Below, piece after piece: positions 26,501 to 41,900 of a stretch of 64,000 nt of DNA. Positions within the stretch are counted from its first letter, which is position 1. The number at the start of each line of letters is the position of its first letter. The DNA is from Auanema rhodensis (taxonomy: Eukaryota; Animalia; Nematoda). Under the pieces are notes generated by a model that was given only the letters and a program-made list of their open reading frames with translations, had not been told where the DNA came from and made no database searches. A program made the translations under genes and the position numbers. The stretch lies in the NCBI GenBank assembly GCA_964057225.1, contig OZ059897.1, positions 15,996,001-16,060,000 of the forward strand, written 5' to 3'.

Positions 26501-29500
26501 CAGGCATTACTAAAAACAATCATTTAAAAAATTTAAAATGTAAAGCACACTCTTACTGTTAGCAGATGAAGAATTAGGCACACAAGTACCGGAAACCATC
26601 ACACTATCTCCAGATTCAGAGGTATTTGCAATTGTGGACTCAAAGATAGTAAAGTTGTGATATGCCTTCTCGCATAGAGTATAGAAGACCTGAAAAGAAA
26701 TGAAATCAGAAAATCCCTTAAAATTATTCGTAAACTATTCAATAAACTTATATTCAATATTAGCTCATAAAAAATTCTCAGCAGTACAAAGTGTGTTCAT
26801 GTCTACACCTTTATTCAAACGTGAAATTTTAGAATTTCTATTCATTGCTTTAGAGTACAATAAGAGTTGCTTCAAAAATACATAACAAGAAGACACTTTA
26901 AATGGGGAAGACTCAGATAGCCCATTGAATATGCGAGTTCAGTGCACATCCATAAAAGGTTGCTGAGTCCCTCTCTACTATTCTTAAAATATAAAATAAT
27001 CATCTTTGCTCAATAGTATTCATCTAATAATCCTATAGCTGAGCCGTGACGACAGGTACTCAGCAAACATGCTGAAAACCCCTAGGATAATGCCAAGACG
27101 AGGTCAACTCATGGCAAACCCAGCAGAATTTCTTGTCTTATACGACCCAAATGCATAGTGAATGTCATAGAACACAATAATTAGACTCATGTACTTGTCA
27201 ATCTAGAGATAGTTACCACAGGCAATGATTTATATAGATGACCGGAAAGAGCTAACTAATAATAAAACTAGTTGATGTATGTCAGGAACACATCTTATGT
27301 TAAGCAATATATATGGGTCGCGTATGTCAAATTAGCCTATGTATAGCTGTTTAGGCTCAGCAAATTAATTTTATTTTAAAAACTAGAATCTACCCTTAGC
27401 CAATTGCAAACTATTCCATGTGCCAATCTTATTTAACCTCTTGTGTTTGATATTGTTATTATTATTTAAGTAAAGTCATTATCAATACTAATACAGAGAT
27501 ATTGATGGATAAACGAGTGGGTTAGATATTTTTGGTCACCTGTTGCATTACGTAATATTATGGCAGAAGGAGACAGCATTGTCCAAAGAAAAATCGAAAT
27601 ATTGTGCATTATATGTCAGTCTATGGCAAAGCTAACAGGAGGATATCAAAAGATGTGACAGACAGAGTTGACCCCCAGAAGAAGAGTGCTCAAGACAAAC
27701 ATCCGGGAGGGCGAGCTTTCTTTCACTATGAGGTGTTAAATGACCCTATATAGGGAAAGCCAGGGCACTAGAAGACTTGACCAATACAGGCGAAGCAAAC
27801 AATCTGACTGGATGAAAACAGCTGGCAATCACCTAAGTAGCATAGTCATGATTTCTTGGCTGAATACTTTGCAAAATTAGGTGAAAGTGCTTTTTCGTTT
27901 CGGAACAATGGCTAGCTAAGCCTTTTTCATTTACGAACTGAAATTAATGAGGATTCTACAGAGTAGAGCAAATGAAACCCTGTCATGACATCAGCAATAA
28001 AACTGCACGTTAGGTCTTATTGAGCCAGGAAAATGCAAGTGTAGTTGATCCAAGAAAGACTAGCATTAGCTATTAATTGGAGTAACCCTGACATACAAGC
28101 TGAGAAGATCAAAAACATGACATTTGGTGAACTGCTTAGCCATGTCATCATCCATCATCTAGGTCCCTTCGTTTATGTACTAATTGATATTCATACACGC
28201 GCAGACTGACAGTATCTGGACCAGATTATGAGATGGCGCATGAGATATGTTCTGGTTGTTGTATAATTTCACTTGGCTGATTAAGACACCTAATCCTCTA
28301 ATAGTTCTCCCAACCGGAAATTATTGTATAAAAACCTATACTCACCTTCGTTACTAGCACAGAGGCACAGGCTCCGTTATCGTCGAAAGCCAGCTGAATC
28401 TGTTCGGTATCTGGTTTCAAAGTGACCATGAAAGTAACTTGGTCGTACTTTTGGGATGACATTGTCAGAACATGTCGCTTAACCCTGTAACGTAACTATT
28501 ACCAATATGCAAATAAATACAATGTTTTTACCATTGTGAAGCAAATTCGGGTTTGCTAACATTATAATCTTGTGGTCTGTTTTTGAAGTGACGAAATTGC
28601 TCTCCACTGAATTCGCGAACGTGTACATTAACAGTTTCTTTGCAAGGAAGCGCAGGTGCACCACTTCCACAACTTCTGATAGTGTACAAAAGGTTTACGA
28701 AAACCCTGAAAAACGAAGGGATTAACCGGATGATTCTAAGCTAGCAAACAAACCCTTTCGTCTCTTTCACAGCAAATGGAGGCACGAAGACCCAGTGAGT
28801 ATGATTACTAACAGCATCCAAACTGCATGATCCATAAATTCTAACAGAACTTTTACTATCAATGCCAGCCCATGTTTCTTCCATCCACTGAAAAAAAATT
28901 GTATAATAACAGATTGCCCTCGTAACATGAACGAAGAGATATAGATAGATGTCTGAGGTAGATTTCCCATGTCCACCTACTTAAGACATGTTATCTTTGT
29001 CACAATCGGTACTCAGACCACTACGTTGAACCATTTCTCGCCAAACCAATGCCAATCAGAGGACATAATCAATTAGTAACTCGTTCCATTAAGCATATTT
29101 GACACGAAAGAGACTATTATTTCGATCATGTTCTTTCGCTCCCCTCTCTTATACAACTCACTTATACTCAGACATTCCCTTCATTGGACGTCGTGAGTAC
29201 ACTGCAATCGGATGAAGTAGAAGTTGAATGACATGCCATCACGCAACTCAACCTCAGACAATTCCATATTTTACAATAATCTTTTGAAAAACTAAAATAA
29301 ATGACTAATTGACCCACTTCAAAAGAAGCAATAATACTATTTTTGAACTATTCCCTTTTTTCTCGAGATGAAAACTTTGCTTGCCAGAAAAAAGAGAAAA
29401 TGCAAAGCTTTGGTCTACGATTTTTCGGTTGTGGACCAGTCAGCTTAAGGAACTAAGACAATAGACCATCATGCTAGGCACAGTACACACGAAGTGGACA

Positions 29501-32500
29501 AAGCAAAGAAGATAAGGAGACTGCAGAAGAATGTCCAGATTATTGTTTGGAGTCTAATTAAAACAAACTTATAAAAGAGTGCTGAATAGATTAATCTATT
29601 TAAACACATAACCTTCCAGGCCTTCAGGCATAAAACTTCTTTTCAAGGTTGTTCATGTAATTTATCCCACAAAAACTAACAAATGAAGTGACAAAAGTTA
29701 TCGAATTCAATAGACCATGTAATGATCAACTTGAAAGACAAGGTTATGGTCTATTGAAACGTTTATTTCATTTTAAAGACCCCCCAGTAGTTCGAAACCC
29801 TCCGTAATCAAATACAGAATGTCTAAATTTTAATAAGTCGTAAAATTCACGAATTCAATGCCATTTCACGACAAGCAAAGTATAAACCAAGACAACACAG
29901 ATGTTCTGATTCGACATGTAGGCGCCATACTTGATGAAAAGAGAACACACGTGCCAGATTTACTATTCCCTTTATGGCCAGGTTTATAGCAACTGTTCTG
30001 TTGCTCATGAATGATAGGCAACAGCAGGCAACATTGGAACTATAGCATGAAGGCCTTTGTATTCAGAGGAAGACCCTGTAATTTTGGACAGGCAGGCTAA
30101 TTTGGCCCTTCACGGGGTGTCGCACTTCGTAGTTCCTAATATGGCAACGAAAATTTAAATCATAATGATCATCTCTCGTAAATATATCTATATATCCTTT
30201 AAGAGCTAACGGCATCATCATATTATATGATGTTCATTAAGAACAGAGATATAGGTTGGGAGATTGAGCCCATCCACATTGCAGTCCAATTCGGACATAA
30301 TTGGATTAGACTGACTCTTGAATATATAATGCGTTGCGAACAAATCATCGCCTCGAACCCCCATCATCGTAATCGAAAATATTCAAAAATTCCGTAACTA
30401 AAGATTAAGGTGTATTTCTTATATATGTAGCTAAAAGGTTCGATTTTATATGAACAAGAAGGGCATTGGGACTTCAATTCCTTAGCACACGCAAAGAGCA
30501 TAATCATTGCAATTTGGCTTGGAAATCCCCCGGGAACGGTTCTTTCACTCACTCTCTTATACACATTGAAAGATGCAGGGCTACAAACTGAAAATAAGGA
30601 GAAGCAACTCACCCCGCTTCTTTCTGATTCTGATGTACTGGGAGGCCATGTTATCCAATTTAGATCCTTTTCCTCTGTGGAAGAGTCGAAGAGCATTACT
30701 GAAATTAGGTGATGAAAGTTTAGTTTATTTTATTGTAGTTATTTAGAATACTAAGCTAGGACAACAAGAAAACAATTGACTAATCCACTTCACACTTGCG
30801 GTATACAGATCAGCATGATGCCATAGGCCCCAAACGGTTTGCCGGCACTTGACATGGATCTTTTATAAGAATAGCAAGTGTATAATCGTGTAGCACTAAA
30901 CGTACTTAGTATTTTTTCGCTGTTTTACCACAAATTCTAAGACAGCACAAAACAAACGAAAAGATACTGAGTCGCCTTATCTGAGCATCCACACACTCAA
31001 TAATGGTAGTCAGAACATACTCAAAAATGTGTGAAACGAAATGCAAAACTTGACAAAGCCGTGAATGGATCGAATGTCGTGTACAGCTGTATCCGCAAAT
31101 ACCAGGCTAATTCAAGATATTTAACGGTACTGCTACATATATATCAATAGATATCTACTGTTGTGAGTTTGTTTAATTTTATATTCTTCTCACTTCATAT
31201 GGTAACTCAATCCATTCACTAAGGTGGAACGAGGTCCTTTCTGTTTATATTGAAAAGTAAGAACGAGAGAAGGGCAGCTCATCGAACCGTCTTCGTCCTA
31301 TCATCTCATCTACTATGTGGCTTCTCATGTGCGAATGAAGCGTTTAGATGCGATTGACCCATGATGGAGTGACTTTGAGTGACCCTCTTTCGATTTAAGA
31401 GCATCCATGTGTTCTAATACATGAAACTAACCATAGTCATACAGGAGGCTCGTTTGCGAAGTCGTTGTCCATTGTCATGATAAAGAGCTAACGAATGTGT
31501 GAATCGTAAGAAGAAGATATGAAGAATTCGAATACCCAACGATGAATTGGGACCCAGAAAAGGAAACGACGTTTTAAGTCGATCGCAATATATGAACAAC
31601 AAGAGAAATCGGTATGCCTTGTCTGATCGGCTGATCAGACTAGGGTCTACAGAAATTGAAGTGACAGCTATGAAACTTCTAAACAATCGTTTTGTATCAT
31701 CTCTTCTAATTCCTAATTTATCTTCGTATAATCCAACAACTAAACACGGGTACAACGAACTAATCAGAGAAGGAATTGGGGAAACTTGATCAAAACTTTA
31801 AAACATGCTAAAATAATACTTATATAGCAAGTTAAACTTCGATAAAAGGTCAGAAAGAGGCAGAAAATTATGTTATTCTCAAGGGCATAGTTACACCTCA
31901 TACATATGCAAGCTCTAGTGCCCAATCTATCATTCGCAACAGACTACTCTATGTGACGTTTTCATGAATGTCAACGGAATATCAGCGGACTGACTCGATA
32001 CTATAATGTTTTGACAATTGGTAAACCCTAGCTGCGAGATTATTTCGATTTTATCCTCAATTTTAGTAATTTCGGATGGGAAAAGTGACAGAAAAAGCTC
32101 TGATTGGAATTGATGTTCGCCAGATCGAGCATCCGTAGTGCCAGCTCTATCAATCTTCATTTACACCTTTCTTCCAAGGTGCTAGCAGTTGCGAGCTATC
32201 AAATATCCCTTACCCATCATAGAAAGATCACAGCTGACAGTCACACTTTTCATATCAACATAGCTAATGTTTCCCCCACGCATAAATTATCTCAAAATTA
32301 GTATTGATTCACTTAGGCTATATTCACGAAGAAAACAGTAGGCAATAAGGCAATAGTTTTGTGAGCCAAACTGTATTGAATGAATGGACACAATAGTTAG
32401 AATGACACCAATTACTATGCACATATAGAAGATTGCCAGCAGCAAATAAGGCAATAGAATGGCAACAATACGTGACAAACTGACGCAAAATAGGATTTCT

Positions 32501-32626
32501 TCGGCAACTTAGCCGAATGAGGACAACGTTTGATGAAGTATAATATATTTAAAATAAAAAAACAGTACCTTGTGAGCAGGAAGCTGTAGAGCATAATAAG
32601 AATAATAGCAGTAAAACTTTGTACAT
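20583..32626 (-). CDS. vab-1: Eph receptor tyrosine kinase (VAB-1 ortholog), 18 exons, ~1078 aa
   Basis: Exons 32626-32569, 30698-30613, 28887-28754, 28705-28532, 28484-28346, 26689-26557, 26509-26390, 23531-23376, 23331-23234, 23190-22771, 22724-22466, 22361-22296, 22214-21958, 21911-21758, 21708-21557, 21507-21032, 20982-20777 and 20731-20583 are all GT-AG, phase-consistent and total 3237 nt. Domains: signal peptide ([18 protein letters not shown]), ephrin-binding domain (WMEETW, CKET), Cys-rich/EGF region, two FN3, TM ([21 protein letters not shown]), juxtamembrane [10 protein letters not shown], kinase ([36 protein letters not shown]), SAM-like domain, and C-terminus EEGFFV as I recall for C. 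elegans VAB-1. Confidence 0.97.
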
Positions 32627-32905
32627 TTTGAATAATTCAGTACAGAAGTTCCTTGGTATGAATATTTTTTTCAATTCGTCATGTCCTGATTAAAAATTGA
32701 CAAATAATAGTAGAATGTGGATATTCTGAAAATAAAAAAAATGAAAATAAAATGAGAGAAATGATGAAAAGAAGAAATATATAACTGAAAGAAGATAAAA
32801 ATCATCAAAAAATAAAATTCCATGTTGTGTTCTTAGATATTTGTTACGATAGAAAAGGAAAGAGGCTAGCAACCATACGGACATCTTGGTTTAGGAGAAC
32901 GAGTG

Positions 32906-32980
32906 AAGGCGGGCCCGTGTCCGACCAGGCCCCGCCCTCCATCGAGGGTGGAGCGGCGGTAAGAAGAAAAGGGGTGGGGG
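32906..32980 (-). promoter_or_regulatory. GC-rich island with GC/GT boxes, probable vab-1 core promoter
   Basis: CCCCGCCC and GGGGTGGGGG (Sp/KLF-type) motifs sit in an isolated GC patch ~280-350 bp upstream of the ATG. A pyrimidine-rich outron-like stretch and an acceptor-like TTAATCAG (AG at 32686-32687) lie between the patch and the ATG. Confidence 0.5.
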
Positions 32981-35900
32981 TTACATAGAAAAACCTATTA
33001 GAAGATATAATAAGTGAGAAAAATTAAGCGGATAAAGAAAAGAATAGAGCTCAGATTTGAAAAGGTGAAAACTTCTTGCCAAGAGCATACACTTAATCAA
33101 AAGGTGTTAAAATGCGAAAGGTTAGTTTAAATAATCTAATCAATAATTAGTTTATTTTATTGAACTAGCTTTCTCACTTTAATTGGGTTTTGCAAATATT
33201 TTATAAACAGAAAACTTTAAAAATTAATTGGAGCAGGAAGATATGAAATAATTAAGGAAATCTTCAATTAAGACCTCACGAATTGAAACTATATTTAGAT
33301 TACTGTATTCTTGGAGCAAAGTTAATTACACGACCTTTAATTACCTTTCGTAATTTTGCTCGGGGAATGGGAATTTCTTAAAAATCTAGTTTTTTTGGCT
33401 GCAGCCTTATTTTGAAATCCGACAAAAAAAAGAAAAGAAGTGACAAAGAACTGCAATTGCTATCTAGTTTAGGAACAATAAATCTTGCGAGCATCTTTCT
33501 TTCACAGCTCGTCAGCATTAAAATCATCATAACTTATGCTTGTTAAGATATTTATTTTTTATTTCGTTCATGTAAAAAGATAGTATCGTTATTACGTATT
33601 TTTTGACACAAAAGGTCATGATAATATTGGTTGTGCGGATTATTGCTGAGTTTATCAGCTGTATTTTATGATCATGAGCAACTTGACCATATAATTATGT
33701 AAAGTGTAGATTTAATGGACCCATCGTATGCCAATCTGATTCACTGATCAGATAAAATTATTTACCGCATTGGAAACTGCAGTCATAACTCATGTCAGAC
33801 GACTGCTAGTCCAAGTTTTTTGAGTATTTCAAGGGGCAAAGTTTATTATTCATTCAAATGAAGTAAAGTCCAAGTTTTGATATGAGGACGAAAACTAAAC
33901 CACCAGAAAATTATTAAATATATAATATTTATATAAAAGAAAACTACTAGTTTACTGAAATAAACAAGATGCTCACACGCGATTACCAATTTGCTTCATC
34001 TGACACGTACTTCAAATTCAGACAAGCACGAGTGGGATTGGAAAAGCGAAACATATACAAAGCTATTTCAGGATCTGCCAAAATTTAAGCGGAAACGAAA
34101 GGACTAATGAGTTCTTGGGAGAAACAAGAAAGTATAAAACTAACATTAGAAGGATCCATTCGTTCAAGGTATAACAACCGAGTTGAAGATATAAATACAT
34201 TTTACAAAGGAATAAGCAATATAAAGAGCGGCTGTCAGACTGCTCAACCATAGAAAGAGATTTGCTTAAACGAAATAACTGATAGGCAACGCCAGTTGTC
34301 AAAATCTTGACAATTACTCGTCAAAAACTGAAGAATGTTTGGACAATTAAAAAAGTTTCAATGAATTTAGCTTTTAGGTACATAAAGTTTGAATGATGCA
34401 ATTATAAATAAAAGGCTGATGAAAATTTAGCATGGAAAACCGGAAAAGGATATGAGCAGTTATTCCGCAAGGAATTATATGAATTTCCCCTCTTCAAAGA
34501 AACACGAACTGTAAGAAGGATCTAATCAAACAATCTTTCATATCCCTAGGTGGTGAGTGCAAAAAATCGGAAAAAGAAAAAGAAGCGCAGTGTAGGTTAG
34601 TTTAGGCTGAGTTAGATAACGAAATGTATCTAGCATCTAATGCGGCACATCTTAGGGAATCTGCCTTCCTTTTTTTGAAGACGACTCTCAATTAGATTAC
34701 AGACTAACATCAAAAGACGGTTCCATAATGCTATTCACATCTGGGATGTAGAAACGACCGGATGGATGAAGATAATGACTACTGCATATGAAGAAAACAA
34801 TACAAGCGGAATGAAGATAATAACAATGACAGTTGGCAACTGCCATTGAAGGCGACAGATTTTTGAGAATTTTTTGGATACATTAAGGTGTTGTGGTGTT
34901 GCGTGACGCAAGAAAGTCACATACACAAATGATCTTATCCAGTTTTTTTAAATCAATCCCAATAGCCAGGCTTACAAATTGTCAAATTTAGCTGTTCTAT
35001 GAATAATGAACACTATGTACAACCGCAAACCTCAACCTTGCGTCCCAGTAGAAAATGAACTTTGTTAAAGCGTGACGAGTGTGAGAAAATGGCGAGAAGT
35101 TGAAAATGCAATAAAACTACAAGTAGTGCAAGTACGAATAATTGCCTCAAACACACCATGACGTAAAAAATAGCTTAATCTGAGGATGAATGAGAATGCT
35201 TTTCTTATGTTAAAAGAAGTCTCATGAACTGCTTGGCTAGCTGCCGGCTGCCCACTTTGCTTAGTGCTTCTGCTATTCAATATAAACAAAAACTGTCCAT
35301 TTGTTGACCCAATCACTGTTCTTCTGCTGCTGGCGCTGATCGTCGAGCAGGTCTCATAAGTTTCTTCCATCTCTACTAAGCAGGAGTAGAAGTGGAAGCA
35401 AGGAGACATCAGCAGGAGACCTATGTGTGTAGTATGTGTGTGTGTATGTGGAGATGAACAGAACTGTTGAGATAGTAGAATAACGCATATTTAACATCCT
35501 CAAATAATTTGAGGAAATCAAATCGTATTAAATTGATCAACAAGCCACAAAAAATGTCGTTACATAAGGTTCCGAATACGGTACCTACTTGTATATTTTT
35601 TTAAGATACATTAATTTGAAAAGAAGACTGTATGGAAAAATTAATGAGACAGCTAGAAAATTTCTAGCCCATAAACTAAGAAAAAGAAAATCCGGTCAGA
35701 GAAGAAGCCGCTGCTGACAGTAATAATGATGACTGAGCAATTTTGTCAACATTCAATTTTCTCATAAAATTTTCAACCATTCACAAGTTATCTGATATTC
35801 TATGTTTTCAAAATTAATAGAAAAAAACCAATATGTTTGTGAGACATAGATATTCCAACAATTTGCTGCAAAACCCTCTTTGAATGATGAATCATTAATT

Positions 35901-38900
35901 TAAGGGCTTAAAAGCATCGATGGATATATTGAGAATAAGTATGTAGTTTGACTGCCTTTTATGGTTGATAACTTGCCATATTAGGACATCTTTGTTTTCG
36001 TGGAACACTGGATAAACAACAAAGTGCTAAGTTGATTGTGATTGTGAGGCTTGTTGTTTGCTATGCGACAAGAAGAAAAGCACAAGTTGCCTGATTTTAT
36101 GGTCTTTATCAGTTGTCGCCCCTTGAGAAAAGCCGTCAAGAATGGTCATTAGTTTAAATGATAATAGGTGATTGTATGAGGTTTATAAGCTAAAGAAGAT
36201 AGACACTGGGAGAGAAAGACGAATAAAGGTGATGAGGGAACGACAGCAAAGCTAAGAAAGCAGGCGGTAACATTAAAGCTTCCCATCTCATGCTATTTGA
36301 CGATGGGAGCAGGCGGACTCCTAAGGTGATTATTGTCTTAAAGGTGGCGTTGAAGTGCTTAAACTGGGGACTACGCGCATTCTTCACACGCTGATACCCA
36401 AGAAGTTCTGACAATTCTGTACTCAATCAACTAAAATAACTCTTGAAAATTGACTTGAAAGGAGTGTTAGATACTCGTGGAAAACGGCAACAAAGCGATC
36501 ACTGAGCGATATAAACGGCATTTAAGAGCGCGAAAAAGATGAGACAATCACATAAAAAGTTGAAAGAAGAGACAAATCATTTGATCAAGACACTATCGAA
36601 AATCAAACCAGGAATGAAGTACTGGACGAAATTTTGTGTTTGGCAGGACAGCCACTTTCTCGGCGAAATGCAAAAAGAAGAAAGACAGAGAAGGAGTGAA
36701 GGAGACAGATTGCGAAGATGGAGGTCGATGATAGGCCATCTAGCCAGTTCTCAAAAAATTTTGAAATGAAAATCCGGGAGCTCGTAACTAAACGGTTGGG
36801 AAAATTAGAAATCTCAAAAAAGTGAATTAAGAAACATGGTTTAATAATGAATATAAATGCTGAAGCAGTTACATAATTTTAGAGTAGGGCACGGGATGTA
36901 AAAGATAAGGCAAACTCCACGACTAATTAGGCAAAAAAAATTTATCGCTCTGCTGGATCTGGAATTCATGTTGAGAATGAAAGGATTTCACAAGGAGATC
37001 GAGCGTTGGAATCCAGCACCTCATTGAACAAATCTTTGAAGAACTCTTATTATTACTTGATGTGGGAACATGAGAGGAGAGGCAGAAACGGGAATTTAAG
37101 GTGAATAAAATGACGAATCTGTGACATCTGGACGACATCTCAGATGCCTGAAGGTGTTAATGGCTAGTAGGTTTGCAGAAGTGAGAGGTGTGATAGATGT
37201 AAAGGTTACACAAGATTCTTAAGTGACACGTTCAATAGCTGGATGTAGTCAGGAGAAGATATTAGCGAATGGATGAGGGAATTAATTTTGAGGAAGTTGC
37301 AGCGGCAAGATCAGACTGTACTCAAGTCCGAAAACAGACAAATCAAAGCATATTGAACAGATTTATGACACATACGAACAAGTGTTTTGAAGCTTTGATG
37401 GCCTTTATCTATCTGTAGGAACATTTATTTACAATCAACAGCTGGGATCAGAAGCCGTGGCATTACTGAATTCAGTATAAGCGGCTTCTTGTGAAGGAAC
37501 GTCATTTGACAATCCTGGCAACAGATGACCAATTCGTTGACATCCGGAATATGGTTTTGTGCGCAGAAAGGTGACTCCGGATTCGAAAGACACAGCACAG
37601 GAAGTAAACGGAGCTATTACGCTGACAACTTGAGATATGAGTCTTATGAACAGCAATAAACGAGGAGAGTCAGAGAAATAACCTAAGACTTACAGAACAA
37701 ATCAACTTTGGGTAATGAAAAGCTATAGTAAAACTAGTGAGATTCTGAAGAACAGCTGGGCAATGGTTAATCGTTAAATTATTTCTTAGTAAGGAATAAC
37801 GGATGTATTCAGTATCATTTATGCTTATGACAGAAGTATATATGCATTTTATGAGTCATTTCGATTTTTACTTTATGGCATATAAAGGATTGTAGAAATT
37901 ATGCCAATGAATTATTGGCCTGGAAGCAATAACTTTATATTAGCGGTATAATCAGACGCATGTTGTTGAGAGATTCTAGACGAATAGCTCATCTGGCTCA
38001 TCTGTGGGCACCTGCAGCCATAAATAGCTGATGCAAAAAGCGGTTTCACGTAGTGCTTACGGTCCAAATCACAATTTTGCATGGAATTACATTTATGGAT
38101 ATGAATAATAATGAGTAGAAAATTTGTATTAGAGAATACAGAATTTAAAGGTTAAAGAAATGTTATGAATGTATATGAAAATGTACTAAAAAGGTCAAAA
38201 AGTATAGTTAAAGATCAATTAAGAAATGACTTTTATCATATTATATATTGATTTCTAAAGTAGCAAACAGGTATTCAAAATTCACAATAGCTTCATTTAT
38301 CTTTTTTGAATACAAAATATAGTATTTTCCATTGGTTGTCCTCGATGGTCGGTAGAATCGAAAGCACATATTTTAGCCTTATAAGGTCATTTTTGAAGAA
38401 AATACTAAAGGCATGGGCTAATCCTACTAGCGCTAATTAGCACCTTCAAATATGGCGTATGCATGCCACAAGGGATGGGTAGGTTTAAACCTAGACAGAC
38501 GATTATGAAAAAACATAAGCAAAAATAAGAGAGTGCAGAGATACAACTAGAGGGATAAGAAAGACAACAGAGTTGTTAGACCCAAAACAAACTGGTGCGT
38601 CTGGGACTTCTGATGACCTTTGGACGTTTTTTTCAGAAGCTGTAAGGGTGATTAGCCCAGTTCAAACTACGTGGATGTGTATGATTATCGGAGGTTAATG
38701 GGTCCCTACATCCTCACTTGCTTATACTGACTGTGACACTACACGTCTCAATGATTCTTTTTTGTCTTCTCAACTGTCCAGACCTAGTCATATAGTTCGT
38801 TTCACACCCAATTGCCCTTTACTAGAACAGAATGACAATTCGGAAACGTAGGAAAGAACTGCGGGAATCACTAGTTGACTATTCCAAATGAACACTTCGA

Positions 38901-41900
38901 CAGCTTTGTGGATATGTTCTTTTGAAAGGGGATTGTCATCATACTCAAAAGAAGCTTAAGAAAGAACATTGAATGAAGAAAAGAAATTCTATTGAATCAG
39001 GTAACAATCGCTAAAAAAAACTTCAAACATTCGGAATTAAAGTTCAAAGGCGATATGTACAAAACGAATAGCTTAAACATATTCTTAAAATCCACATTAC
39101 CATCAAAGGGCAGGAGAAGGTGGGAATTCAAGAAATCAATGTTATCTGAACTGATTCTTGGTGATTCTCTGAGGATGTACTCAGCATGAGGTCTGGAGGC
39201 GAACAAGAAGAATAAGCAAACTGGCGTGAGTGTGTTCCGACAACGACAATACCGGAGACAAGAACGAGGTCGTACAATCATGATGTTGCTGCCGAATGAA
39301 TAGAAAATGACCAAATAAGGAATGAAGAAGCAATAGAATACATTAGCTGCGTCTGATGACTGATGACTAGAAGTAGTAATTCGTCTGAGATCAGAGGAAT
39401 TCTCGAATAACGCTCTGAATTGGAAACAGGTTCTCAAAAGTAGAAGTAAGAGTAGAGCTGTTATGCAAAGAGAAGAAGAAATATTGAATTTTTGCTTTTT
39501 TGGGCCGCAATACAACAATAAAGTTTAATCAAACAACGTATTTGCATAAAAATGTCATTGAAGACAATTCAAGGATTTTCTCATATTTTATCAACATTTG
39601 CATATAAATTCTCAAGTGCAACTTGTCTCATGGGATAGTACATGTTAGAAGTCAGAAGACTGGTTAACAAAAGATTCTGGCGAAGCTGGCTTCAGAATTT
39701 TCAATAGAATGTGCTAGTAAGGCTCTTTCGAGATTTCACTCTTCAGAGGTATCTTAAGTGCATTTTGGTGGAATATTTGAAAGAGATAGGGGCTATCTGG
39801 AGTGAATGAGCAAAAAACGCTTAAAGTACTTAATTTTGAGGTCAGAATATGGTACAGCTGGTAGCCTTTTAAGAGCTAAATTTGATCATGATACCAGGAA
39901 AAAAATGATCACTCCAAAGACTATTGACCCACAATGGAGCCATAGTAGTTAGATGAGGGCAATGTAGTAAGAATGAAGCTACGCATCAGGGTATAGATCA
40001 TCATATAGAAAAGATTTGAATCAGCTGTCTGACTCCCGAAGCCACTAGTTGCTTCCTCGCAACCAGCTCACTCAGCTCTCATTACGCGTATTCAGAACAT
40101 CTCCGGCTCCAATATATATCTCTCAAAAAGCTGTTCACGAATCCATTCTCTCGTATATTCTGTTGTTTTGATATCCAAAATTGAAGTGACCCTATGACAT
40201 ATGGGGCTCATGCATATTACACACCTAAGTCATTGGCTTAACCAACAGCAACATACATACAAAGCTAATTATCATTGATGGACAAGGCGGGCGTCCGACA
40301 GATACATAGATGGATGGGAGGGAGGAGGTCTCATCATGAGAAACTATCGAAGACTGTCGGCTACTTGGAACGTGAGTCATTAGGAAAGACATAGTATATC
40401 TTTTTATGGGATTAAGATACTGTTTCCGGATAACGGGGCTAATTATGTTTGATGGAATGTCAGGACAACCTAATAAGATCTATATGTAGTACACATATCC
40501 ATCGAAAATATATATGATGAGAACATTGATTAATGGGACATAGATGAAGTGATGAGAACAAAGTACAAAATCATTTCTTAATAAAGGGTTTTGCTGAATA
40601 AAAGTTTATACAGGAAAAAGGTTTACTCAGTATGGGCAAAATAAAAGATGACGTATGCCAAAGGTTTACGGACCTAAGAAGAGGCTCTAGCATAATATGA
40701 AAAATCTCTAGGGATTAATGAAAGAAGAATATAGATTTAATTAAAGCAAGAAGCTAAAAAGATCACTATATGATAAAGTCGAATGTCCAGTCTTAATGGC
40801 ATGAAGGAAGAAGGTGAAATAGGAAAAACATTCTCTGAGGTTATCATGCGTGTTGTCATTTCATGCAAGCTTACTCACAAATATTGAATAAACGTAAAGC
40901 TATTTTTAAAATATATAACTAGACTATATGCATATCTAGTTCATATGGCTAACGAACGTGTTCTATTCGCATATTTTAGATGACGTAAAGAAAACAAATA
41001 CTGCTACAGATTCCGGACCGGATATGGAAACGCTAGAAGAAATATAAAGTGTATAAAGCATACATCTGTGATCTTGACCCTGAGATGTGATTGTCTGTTG
41101 CGAATTTCGGAGAACAGTCTTTCTTAAGTTACGCAACACCTGTTCACACCTCCTATGCTCATTCATCCTTTATAATAAGCATGTTGTTAACTATAACGAA
41201 TGGTAAAAAGATTTGCATTTGAGCAGATGCCTTAATCTGGATATTCTGGTGCTATAATCGATGAGACGAGGATATATTTTGTCAGAAAATAGCCTAAACA
41301 TGTCTGTTTTCGTATTTGTAAAGGTGAGAGCATATAACACTTTACATTATTGAATAAAGGTGAGAATTGGTAACTCAGTCTAAGGTATAAATAATATAGG
41401 TTAGATCCTCACTAGTAAGCCAAATATAGTCAATCAGTTGACAAGTATGTTTATGGTGCTAAATGGTGAGCGAGTAAACATGTGAATAGCCATTGAATGA
41501 TAGAGAATACAGCTTGAAACAAACAATCCAAAGGGAGTCAAATAGGATACAAACAGAATCTTACGAATGAAGTTATCTTGGCTGCTCTTCCATTTGGATA
41601 TGTCTACGAACAAGAGTGTGAACCGAAGATATATTTCAAGATATTATTTGCTTAGCACAGCCTCTTCAACATAAGAGAAGTTACAACAATAATTAGAAAA
41701 TCCGGACAGTTCGTTCCAGATCAAAATATGGAAGTGACGCTATTTCACGTGAAAACCTCTATTTTCCGTTAAATGCTGTATATGAGCGGTGTCATCAGAA
41801 GAATAGTGTAAACCTTTTAAGTAACATGGGATTTCAACGCTTTTTTCAACAACGGAACTAGTTAATTTGCTTTGCTACATACACTATTCTATTTTTCGTA

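Noticed and set aside
28949-28989. TGAGGTAG (let-7 seed) within a hairpin in a vab-1 intron
   Set aside because: The stem is only ~13 bp (41 nt in total), too short for a pre-miRNA, and the rest does not match let-7 family members.
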